A stretch of 21,000 nucleotides of DNA from Takakia lepidozioides. Taxonomy: Eukaryota; Plantae; Bryophyta. The notes beneath the pieces are model-generated. The model worked only from the letters and a program-made list of their open reading frames with translations. It did no database searches and was not told the origin of the DNA. The translations under genes and the position numbers were made by a program. Each line of letters begins with the position of its first letter. Within the stretch, counting starts at the first letter, position 1. Of this stretch, positions 1 to 10,100 are shown piece by piece. Where the stretch lies: positions 1 to 21,000 of the forward strand of contig JAKLZA010000168.1 in assembly GCA_030704615.1 (NCBI GenBank), given 5' to 3'.

Positions 1-1500
1 TCATCACTATCCTGGCAGCTCAAACAGTGTGCGTTGGCGCACACTGTTTGAGCTGCCCTTATCATTGCTTTTTTCATTTGAGAATGGGCCACATAGGGCA
101 TGTCTCTGAGGACAGATGAACACTTATCTGGCAGCTCAAACAGTGTGCGTTGCCGCACACTGTTTGAGCACACATTGTCTTTGTTTTTCCACTGTGAAAT
201 TCGGCAATACAGGGCAGGTCTCGGAGGTTCAATCATCAGTTGCATGGCAGCTCAAACAGTGTGCGTTGCCGCACACTGTTTGAGCTGCCCTTATCATTGC
301 TTTTTTCATTTGAGAATGGGCCACATAGGGCATGTCTCTGAGGACAGATGAACACTTATCTGGCAGCTCAAACAGTGTGCGTTGCCGCACACTGTTTGAG
401 CACACCTTGTCTTTGTTTTTCCACTGTGAAATTCGGCAATACAGGGCAGGTCTCGGAGGTTCAATCATCAGTTGCATGGCAGCTCAAACAGTGTGCGTCA
501 ACGCACACTGTTTGAGCTGCCATGTCATTGCACTTGTCATCTGAAAATTGGCCACATAGGGTTCGAATTAGTGGTTGAATCATCACTATCCTGGCAGCTC
601 AAACAGTGTGCGTTGGCGCACACTGTTTGAGCTGCCCTTATCATTGCCTTTCTCATTTGAGAATGGGCCACATAGGGCATATGTCTCTGAGGACAGATGA
701 ACACTTATCTGGCAGCTCAAACAGTGTGCGGCAACGCACACTGTTTGAGCACACCTTGTCTTTGTTTTTCCACTGTGAAATTCGGCAATACAGGGCAGGT
801 CTCGGAGGTTCAATCATCAGTTGCATGGCAGCTCAAACAGTGTGCGTCAACGCACACTGTTTGAGCTGCCATGTCATTGCACTTGTCATCTGAAAATTGG
901 CCACATAGGGTTCGATTTCGTGGTTGAATCATCACTATCCTGGCAGCTCAAACAGTGTGCGTTGGCGCACACTGTTTGAGCTGCCCTTATCATTGCCTTT
1001 TCATTTGAGAATGGGCCGCATAGGGCATATGTCTCTGAGGACAGATGAACACTTATCTGGCAGCTCAAACAGTGTGCGTTGCCGCACACTGTTTGAGCAC
1101 ACCTTGTCTTTGTTTTTCCACTGTGAAATTCGGCAATACAGGGCAGGTCTCGGAGGTTCAATCATCAGTTGCATGGCAGCTCAAACAGTGTGCGTCAACG
1201 CACACTGTTTGAGCTGCCATGTCATTGCACTTGTCATCTGAAAATTGGCCACATAGGGTTTGAATTAGTGGTTGAATCATCACTATCCTGGCAGCTCAAA
1301 CAGTGTGCGTTGGCGCACACTGTTTGAGCTGCCCTTATCATTGCCTTTTTCATTTGAGAATGGGCCACATAGGGCATGTCTCTGAGGACCGATAAACACT
1401 TATCTGGCAGCTCAAACAGTGTTCTTTCAACACTTACGGTTCAATGAACACTTACCTTGCACCTCAAACAGTGTGCGTCAACGCACACTGTTTGAGCTCA
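1..1500. repeat. Tandem array of ~116-bp monomers, each with a 36-50-bp palindrome, organised as a ~348-bp trimeric higher-order repeat
   Basis: Palindrome GGCAGCTCAAACAGTGTGCG-N4-CGCACACTGTTTGAGC(TGCC) first at 14-57, then about every 116 bp (12 full copies to ~1333, a half copy at ~1406, a degenerate copy at ~1463). Higher-order unit starts (TCATCACTATCCTGG) at ~1, 580, 929 and 1277; the first unit has an extra ~232-bp duplication. The array probably continues left of the window. Confidence 0.97.
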
Positions 1501-1591
1501 CCTTTTCTACCACAGATGGCCTGTTTGCCATGCTCAAACACCCTCGTCTAATGCCTCACTCTTATGTCAATTTGAATGGACAACCCTGCAG

Positions 1592-4500
1592 GAGAAGATG
1601 CAAAGTGTGGCGGAGGAGATCCCTTCGGGACTGGGGAAGGATATCATTGTTGATGTTGACGATGAGTTCTATGAAAGCAAAGCCGCTGAGATGCTGGGGG
1701 GTCAGAAGGTAAACTCTCAGCTTGTGGTGCAAAGTATGCTTGCCCCGGGTGGGAGGTTGAAGATTCCCCTGTGTAGGATGGTTTCCATGCCCGTCGTTCG
1801 ACCACCCCTCATCAAGGACATTCTCAAGCTAGAGGCCGAGTTTGTTCATGGGTATTTGGATGGATCCGCAGTGTTTTACGTTTGTACAAAGGATTCCACT
1901 GGCAATGAGCTCCTTGTGGATGAGTCAATCGTGGACTCCTGGGATCCTATTTGGAGACAGGTGAACGAATCCTTCGAACTTCTTCTCTCCAGGAAACCTT
2001 CCACCCAGGCATTCTCGGGGAAGATGTTTCACGTTTGGGATGGGAACCACCGATTGCTTGCATGGATGGCTGTTATTGGGAGGCTGCACTCACAGGAGGA
2101 AGAGTGGCATTACTCTGTTCGATCGATGGTGCTGGATTGTGAGGGGAACATGATGGGTCTTCTGACGGCAATGAATGATGTGAACAGGTTGGTTTCTCAT
2201 TCTACCTGTTCCACTTGCAGTTCCTTGGTTCTTTGATTAAAGTCCTTGAATTTCATTCTGACTTTCAGATATCATTCTGCAGAGGAACGGAGACATCGCA
2301 TGTCAAAACGAGTCTGGTTCACACACTGTATAGGATACAAAGGATCGGGCAGATGCCCTTGACCAACTTCAAGACCATCCTTTCAGCGGAGACGTACAAG
2401 AAGTGCGAAAGCTCCAAGACATCGGAAACGTGGTACTCGTTGACACGCGAGGCTTTCATGGAGTACATGTACACGGTGAGATACATCTTCCTTCATCTGC
2501 CCTTTCCATAGTCCTGCTTCCACATGTTTGTTTCTGTTTGTTTCCCTTGCCCTTCGGTTCATGCAACTCTCGTGCATTCCCTTGCAGCAAGACATTGCAG
2601 ATGCAGGGGAGCGTGGCAAACTGGAATACTACAGGTCAACCCCTGAGGAGAGAAGGACAGCAAAGGGGGTTGAGACTCACATCCAAAAAGAGATGACCGC
2701 TACAAGAAGGACTATAATGAGTGCTTTTGTGAAGCAGTTGAGAATTGCCGACCCATCATTCGGAGCGCAGTTTCTCTTGGAGATAAAAAACCATTATAAC
2801 AAGCCAGGCAAGCCAGAGATGGCCCAGGAGAAGTTACACAGGTTGTCTACCGCCGTTGTGTCTTCAGAACAGAAGGTGAAGTGGCTACAGATATGGAACT
2901 CCGATCCCACAGTTAGGGATACACACATGTTCCCCAGGCCGGAGAAAGAGAAGAAGACCCAGCGTGTCATTCCAGTCAGTGACAATGTGCTGGACACATG
3001 GCTTCACAAGGCCACTTACTGGAGCCAGGTGTGTTGTCCTTTCCTGTGTCACTTTCTTTTCTCTTTTCCTGTCCTTCTCTTTCCATTGCCTCTCACATTC
3101 GCAGTGATTTTTTTGGGTTCATTCTTGCATTTGAATTGTTTTGCAGTTGGAAGAAAGGGCACGGTCGGTTCTGCATACTCAGCTGGCTGACTATGGCATC
3201 ACTATGACAGCACCGAAGGTCTCCTTCGAAGCATACATGAGGAAATGGAGAGCCACAGTGTGGCACTCTTGTTTCTTTAGAGAGTTCAGCAAGGAGGGTG
3301 GCATCAGTCGAACACATGACCTTGACCAGCAAGAAAAAGGAGAGGAAGCCTGGAAACGATGCCTTTACAGGTGCACTCCCTGGGCAGTTCAGTTTACTTG
3401 GTGTCCTGTGGTTGCAATGTACTGTGACGCATACAGTTTAAGGGGAATGTGATGGAAAAACTGAGAGACAATAATTGCATTGCATAATGAGGCTGTCTTT
3501 GTTCCTGCAGGTACATAAAGTTTGTTCTCATGGAAGAGAATTGTTTGGACAAACATCCAGATTTCGTGGACCTCTGGCTTGTCCCTGCTGGAAATCAGAC
3601 TATGTTTACTACTGGGATCTTGCATGACTGGGGCCCAGACCATCTATCTTCTTGTGGTTGGTATTTGGATTGCCCTCCTTCTGAGACCCCAGCTCCGGAG
3701 GTGTCTTTGAGGAGAGAGAATGAGCGAATTGCAGCCACTGCCGCAGCAGCCGACCTCGACATTCATGAGCGAAATTTGAGGACTCTTGCAGAGAAGGAGC
3801 CTCCCGCTCAGGATACCCCGGGTAGAGGTAGAAAGGCAAAGGGGAAAGATGTTGCTGGTGTTGTGGGGAAAGGAAGGGGTAGAGGGAAGGTGGCACAAGG
3901 GCAGGGAAGTGTTGCAGATATTGGCCCAGTGGTGCATGTCCAGCAGACTCCACCGCATGGTAGGGGATCCGTGAGAAAGAACAAGGGGGTGGTTGATCCC
4001 AAGGACCCGTACCATGCAGTGGAACATCCGACGAGGGTCATTCGCCCTACCAGGTTGGAGATGGCCAACGTCGGATTCCTTGCCATGATGGAGTCGAAGA
4101 AATCTGATTACAAGGGCGAGCCATCACCAGTGTGGGAGAGGATTGTACAGTTCCTCGGCACGGTGCGTGTTCTCTTTTGCATGTTCTCTGCAGTGGGCAT
4201 GGATCGTTTCAATCCTCTTGAGTATTCCATTGTAATTTTGTTTGCAGGCTAAAATGACCAAATCCTGGGTGAACGGGAAGGAGAAGCAATATGCAGCCGA
4301 ACTCATAATCTTGGACATCCCTGATGGGTTGGCAGTCCCGGATGTCCCTCCATCGGGTGCTTGTCCGGGTTGGAATGCTTTTGATGAGCGCTACTGGCGG
4401 TGGGTTTTCTCCTTTTGCAATTTTTTCCTGTCCGATGCAGGTGTTTTGGTGCTCATACAGTCCGCCGACGTTCGCTGTCGCCGTGCACTTGCCAGCTATT

Positions 4501-5690
4501 TGAAAGCCTCGGGCATGAGAGTCCTGAAGACATGGAATTGTGTGAACAGCATGTACCTTACGAAGGGGGATCGTCCGGGAGAGATGGTAAATTTACCTTC
4601 TTCTTCCTCTTCTTGGTGGTTCTCGGATGGAGTTGTATAGGTCGCTCGATCTCATATGTAGGGGCCTGATTTTTTAAGCTTCTTAGTTCCTTCTGAATGT
4701 GTTGTTCGCAGACTCGTTTGTTTGAAGCTGTTTGTCTCGTCCGAGTGCATCCACCAACGACTCCGGCCGGCATTTCGGAGTTCGCCATCACTCATGGGGG
4801 CAAGTTCATAGACGACAGGACAGATCCTCCAACGGATGACATGCACCACAACTACGTCGACAGCAACGTCTGCTTGCGAAGGGGGAATGGGGTTCCTTGG
4901 AGAGGGGCGAGGGAGAGGAGCCCGGCTTTCATTCAAACGATTGTGGAGTGCTGCACCTACACAGACGCCAGAGTTCTGGATTTGTCAATGGGCACAGGTT
5001 CGTCTCTTCAACATTCGGATTTCATGAGGTTTGATTGAGCTTGCACTTTCAGTACTTCCCACCGTTCCATATGTGTCTTCAATGTCTGCTTCCTTCATTC
5101 TATTCCACTGCAGGTGCTTCGTACCACGCTTGCAAGGCCAGTGCCCGACATCTCTTTGGGATTGAAGGGGATGCTGAGATTTACAACAACCTCCTTATGG
5201 GTTTGGGTGGACACACTTCTCAAGTCCTTCCGAAGCCCCGTCCCGCTGATATTGATACAGAGGAGACTTCCGACAAGGAGCTGGACTCCGACTTTGCCTG
5301 TGAGTAAGTTCAACCTGTGCATGCTTGCATTGTTGTTTCAATATCGAGAATCACTCTTCTTGAGGCAAAGTTCACATGGCAGACATCCTCTTCGTTGGAC
5401 TTGTGTATTGCATATTGTGTTCTGAATGGGTTTTTGTCGACATGTGCAGGAGTCCGCGTGCTTCCACTTGCCCTCCAGGGCTATCACACCTGTTTGGACT
5501 TCTTTCCAGTCCTCCTCGGTCTTGCGTGCTACCTGTCTATGCGGAGGCACTCGCAACAAGCATGGCCGTTCATGGCACTCGGAGTCCACCTATCCACGGC
5601 CGTGGTAGAAGACGTGGTGTTGGGGCCAGAATCTTTGTGGATGACATAGCACAGGAGGTCGAGACTGATTCTGATGACTGTGACACTTGA
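1592..5690 (+). CDS. Gene A: multi-exon ParB/Srx-like domain + helical region + N4C/N6A DNA methyltransferase-like (beta class) fusion protein
   Basis: Predicted exons 1592-2187, 2283-2475, 2588-3028, 3147-3370, 3511-4162, 4248-4586, 4712-4997, 5114-5303, 5450-5690; all GT-AG introns, joining in frame with no frameshift. Motifs: LKIPLCRM..VVRP and FHVWDGNHRLLAW (ParB GxxRxxA); ELIILDIPDG (motif IV position); RERSPAFIQTIVECCT..RVLDLSMGTGASYHACKASARHLFGIEGD (motifs X, I, II). Start is either ATG 1598 or an upstream exon (acceptor CCCTGCAG ends at 1591). Confidence 0.85.
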
Positions 5691-6317
5691 TATGAAGTTT
5701 TCTTTTCGTTTTATTCGGGGCCAAATTTGAAATAGGATGGTTGTGTGTCCTTGTTGTCCTGTTTGCAATGTGTGCGTGGAATGCACATTAATGGGAACAA
5801 ACTATTGTTGGAGATGGGGGTTGCATGGACTGCCCGGATTGTTCCTTCAATCTATTTAGTGTTCTCTGGACCTCACAGACTTGAGTGCATTGCAAATACA
5901 AACAAACGACTTTGGTTCGTGTAGAGCATTCTCGCATCAGTTGCTCGTTGGTCTCCAAACCATTCCTGCTAGAAGAATGGTTGGTGAATCCATCACGGTG
6001 AAGTCCACCTCATCAAAGAGCTGTGAGGCATTCTCAAATCTAATGAGCATCCATGATGCTCCCGCACATACCTGGCATGTTCGCAAGGGTGGTGAGTAAG
6101 AAAAGATTTCGCAGGGTTCCGCTTTAGATCATGTCAGTGTGCACCTCCTCACGACGTACCCACATAAACTTCTGAGGGACTTGGAATGTTGAGGGCTTGG
6201 TATGTTGATAACGTCTGCATGGATGCAATGGATACAATGGATGTAACATATCCACTCTGCATTCCCGGGAAATGGCTGATCAACCCGCGGAAATAGGCCC
6301 TGTATGTATGCTGACGT

Positions 6318-6394
6318 GGCGTGAGCCTGTGCTGGGCTCACGTTTCCTGGGCTCACAGGCTCACGCCTCCGGGCTCACAGAATAGCACCCCCCC
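6318..6394. repeat. Putative right terminus of element 1 with GCTCAC repeats and a 14-bp internal inverted repeat
   Basis: Four GGCTCAC copies in 6335-6378; GGCGTGAGCCTGTG (6318-6331) is the reverse complement of CACAGGCTCACGCC (6354-6367); terminal AATAGCACCCCCCC. Confidence 0.7.
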
Positions 6395-6432
6395 TACTGT
6401 GTGCAACCAACTAGCATAGTGGCAGCGGAGTT

Positions 6433-6511
6433 GGAGGTTTGCTATTTCATTGAGCATGAGCGCATGAGCGGCATGAGCAGAGTAGTAACACAATCGGTTT
6501 TCATGAGCAGA
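6433..6511 (+). repeat. Left terminal inverted repeat of element 2
   Basis: GGAGGTTTGCTATTTCATTGAGCATGAGCGCATGAGCGGCATGAGCAG...CATGAGCAGA is an imperfect reverse complement of 19978-20053. Confidence 0.8.
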
Positions 6512-6669
6512 AGTACAAATTTCGAAAATAAAAAACAATAAAAAACAATAATTTAATGCAATGTGTCAGGAAAAACAAATATATTATTCGGCCCCTTGAA
6601 GGGAAAATTGCACTTTTGACAGTTGTGCTCATGAAATTTCGTCTTCCGCTCATGCCAATTCCCAGCGAC

Positions 6670-6990
6670 ATGTGCAAATATGGCGCCGAATTTCGCGGTA
6701 ATAGGGTCCGTAACCTGAAAAAACGGCGACGTATTTCGCGGCAATAGGTCTGTCTGGCGAAAAATGGCGAATTCCGCGGCTATAGGTCCCCTCATGACAG
6801 GTAATTCGGCGCCATTTTTCCAGTGCATGTTCGGACTTAGCCAGTTTTCGGCCCAAAAAGAGAAATTCGGCGCCATTTTCAGACACGGTACCAGTGCATG
6901 TTGGGACTTAGCCAGTTTTCGGCCCCAAAAAGAGAAAAAACACAGGTACCATGTTGGGACTTTTTTCGGCTTCGGCGCCATTTTTCCAGA
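6670..6990. repeat. Subterminal cluster of degenerate TTCGGCGCC palindromes and GGACTTAGCCA motifs
   Basis: GGCGCC-centred copies near 6682, 6808, 6869 and 6974, degenerate copies near 6726 and 6766; GGACTTAGCCAGTTTTCGGCCC at ~6833 and ~6904 matches the intronic array at 16475-17440. Confidence 0.8.
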
Positions 6991-7144
6991 AATGGCCCCA
7001 CAACTGCTTCTGTTGGATCTCAGTTTGAATGGAATATTGCCTCATTCCAGGAGTTTTGGGGTGCATTTCATTACACTGCAAAAAAAAAGTCTGATACAGC
7101 AAAATGCATTGAAAATATCCATATGGAGGATTCCGTTTGCCCCA

Positions 7145-10100
7145 TCAATGATTTCTGGAATCCCTAAGGAGGAGTTTGTGCAGCTCGTTCACGCTCAACG
7201 CCGGTGCATGAATAAAGTCATCAATAGTCACGTTCATCCTCAACCTCTTCAGGTAAATGTAATACAGATGCTTGCACGGATAATACTTCGAACCCTTCTT
7301 TGCTTCCATCAACGAGAAGTCCGTACAGTTGCAAGTCGGCTCCACTCCAATCGTAATTGTGTATACATCGTCGCGTACAGCCGAGCCGGCCGTTGCCATC
7401 CGATACACACGCCCAAGCCGGGTGGGGGTACGTCCACGGAGCTCTGAATAGTGCAAGCCATCCCAAGAGCATTGGCAATCCGAGTCTCATTCAACTTGTT
7501 GGGAGGGTGTCGTCTCTTCACTCTTCCGAATCGCATTGTGGGATGTGCAGAATTGTCCAATCCGTCTCTACTGGACCGAGCAGTCTGCAATGGCTGGGTC
7601 TGAGGAACCGGAAATGCGTGGGCCGGGATGTCTGTGCGTTGCACCATTCGAAATCCTGCTGCAGATAGAGCATCCGCCTCATTCTGAGAGAGGCTGCAAC
7701 CCGGTGCAACAGGCCAGACGCCCGGAGGCTCCGGCATTCCCTGAATCCCGTACTTGGGCTTGCCAAATACACAGGTCATTATGTCGTGCCTACAGAACCA
7801 AAATGTCTGCGTTGTGGCGTGAGCAAATGTGGGAGTCAAAAATCTGCCGCTAAAACAAGGTGCAGGTACAGCACCGTGTGGGTTCCTCCGAATCATCTCA
7901 CCACAGCGTGCTCTCGTATCCACCCGGATGGCGCAACACTTCCCTCGAAATGCCGGCAATGTCCTCGCAATTCTCCACTGTGACTCCGACACTCTTGTCT
8001 CCACAATGGGAATTTGTATTGCTTTACTACAGATGGCTCGTTATGTTGCCGGGGCACGCGCCCTGTGCTCAAAGGAGATGGCGATCTTGAACGTGCAGGA
8101 CTTCCGGTGCTCGACGAGACCTCCTCGGACAACATCACCGGACCACGAGGGAGCGTGCGAATATTCTTGTCAGCTCGCCATGAATCCTCTTCTCCGCCAG
8201 GTGCCTCGTCAAGTCTTCGTCTCACTGGACGGGTATGAACATCTCCTTCCAAATGTTGGCCTCTTCGCAGCAATGGCGTGTCCCGAAGGCCCTCTCGCAA
8301 GGCCGCCGCCCACTTCGAGGATTCTTCGATCTGGAGCAGTCCGCATCAGCATTTCCTGCCTGTCCGGCCCCAGCCCCACTGTTTCCCTTTCAAGAACTCG
8401 TTGTACCTGCATTGCTGCATAATTGACCTCACAATGTCCTCCGTTGTGGCAGTGAGGATGTCCACCAGATGCGCCGCAGAGGAGGCACGCCAGGAAGAGT
8501 GCACTGATTTGGCCATGTTTGTCGTGGGCATGTCGGTGTCGGAGTCGAGACACATTTCCTGCACAAGCACATTTTACAAGGTTACAAATATGGCCAAGAA
8601 TAATATCCAACGGGACGCGAATTCGTGCAACTCACCTCCCGCATATAGTCGCCGAACTGGAGGAAACGATAATGCCACCATGCTAGCCAACTGACCATTG
8701 CTCCTTCGTCTGATTTCCTTACAGCACCTGACGATGTCCACCAAGCCCGTATGCATGCAAACTGTGTCTCTGCATCATCCAAGGTGGGGCGCGGCTTCCA
8801 CGCAAGGCACATGGAACGGTGCTCCTCTCTGAAATCTGGCGCCACGAGCCTGGTTGTGTACTGCGAAAGGCTCTGCAGAAAATGGAACCCACAAGATCTC
8901 TCCTTGCCTTCCATGGGAACATTGGGGTCTTGCCCGTACACCCTTCGGATGGCAGCCCAATTTGCTTGTGCGTTGTCCGCCATGAAACCACGGAAATTGG
9001 GAGGGGGCAATCCCGCCTTGGCCATCTGTTCGTTTATTCCCTGCCAAAGAAGCATCTCCGATTGTGTGTCCTCTCCTTTCATCTCACAAATAGCAATTGT
9101 CATTAGCATCCTGCAGTGGGTGTCGTAGACATGTGCACCCATTGTCACCCACTGGTGATTTGTAATTCGCTTGATATGGTCGAACATGACCCAACTGTTT
9201 GACAAGTTCCCACTCGTCATCCTGTCGACCAGTTCGACGCCACTGCCAGGTCCACACGTGGACATTTTGAATACGAAACAACGATCTGCCTCAGTCCCTT
9301 GTCCTGGAAACCTACTTCCATGAATGTAGTCATATCCACATCGTCGCTTCACCTCCAGAATGGAGTGCATATCCGAGCCACGCCCAATTTTCTGTTTGCA
9401 TGAGACAATGTGGTTTCGGACATTCGGTGAACATACGTGGGACACCGACTCGAGCAATGCCTCCATTTCCTTCTCGTCGAGAGGAACTCTATCGAGCCGT
9501 CTTCCGACATAATTCTGGCCAATGCCATCTTATGGGCGGCTTGGAGCTGTATCTGTTTGGGTTTGGCACCCGGTCTCAACTTAACCCTCCTGAACGAGCT
9601 GCTCTGCTTCGTGGGCAGCCTCCCGCGAGTTCCCCCGCCAATTTGTGACAATGGGAACCAACGTGTATGCAAGCTCGGGTGAGGTCAGGGAAACGGTGCA
9701 ACACATAGAACTGCTTGGCATTACAAACAGACATGCAGTGTGGTGGTTCTTTGCAATGCGCACACTTAAATGTGGAGTTCGGAACCTTCTCCTGAGCTCG
9801 AAATGGTTGGTGAGCTGTGCCTGTCCAATCGGTCTCGTTCCTGTGACCTCTGGATTTAAAGTGGAAGCAAGTTGGGGAGAAACACCGCAACGCGCCCGCA
9901 CAAACAACGTAGCGCACCCGCACACCATCAAGCATCTTCATGCTGGTGGTTTTGGTAACGCACCAAGGATGACCGTCATGTTTTCTATCCATATCTGTCA
10001 ACATTCCGGACGCCCTCGAGTAGTCCGCCCGAGGAGGGAACTCAAAAAGATATTACCGTCGACGTCGGCGGGAAGGCATGTAACCGATTTAATTGCGAAC

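Larger units (their letters stand above)
1..6394. mobile_element. Element 1: right part of a DNA transposon related to element 2 (left end and any transposase outside the window)
   Basis: Ends in GCTCAC repeats plus GAATAGCACCCCCCC (6380-6394), resembling the element 2 right end (GCTCAT repeats plus GAAATAGCAGCCCCCC). Carries a paralogue of the element 2 cargo gene in the same orientation relative to that end. Confidence 0.7.

Noticed and set aside
196-206. GAAATTCGGC half-site of the element 2 palindrome in one array 1 spacer type
   Set aside because: Only 10 bp, non-palindromic, and aligns with the AAATTGGCC/GAATGGGCC of sister spacers; probably chance.
100-1241. Repeated short ORFs in array 1
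   Set aside because: By-products of the tandem repeat on both strands; no protein-like features.
1-1500. CRISPR array (palindromic repeats with regular spacers)
   Set aside because: Spacers are ~72 bp, recur every third unit and are homologous to each other; no cas genes; spliceosomal-intron context.
1592-5690. Bacterial or phage contaminant, or restriction-modification locus
   Set aside because: Multiple GT-AG introns conserved between paralogues; flanked by eukaryotic TEs; no nuclease or operon structure.
5800-6356. Possible small minus-strand gene near element 1's right end (Cys/His-containing ORF 6129-6356)
   Set aside because: No recognisable motif, no counterpart in element 2, no convincing exon chain; left unannotated.
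6553-9128. Antisense or overlapping ORFs such as 6764-7447, 7829-8422 and 8751-9128
   Set aside because: Shadow frames of the GC-rich transposase or repeat cluster, without motifs.
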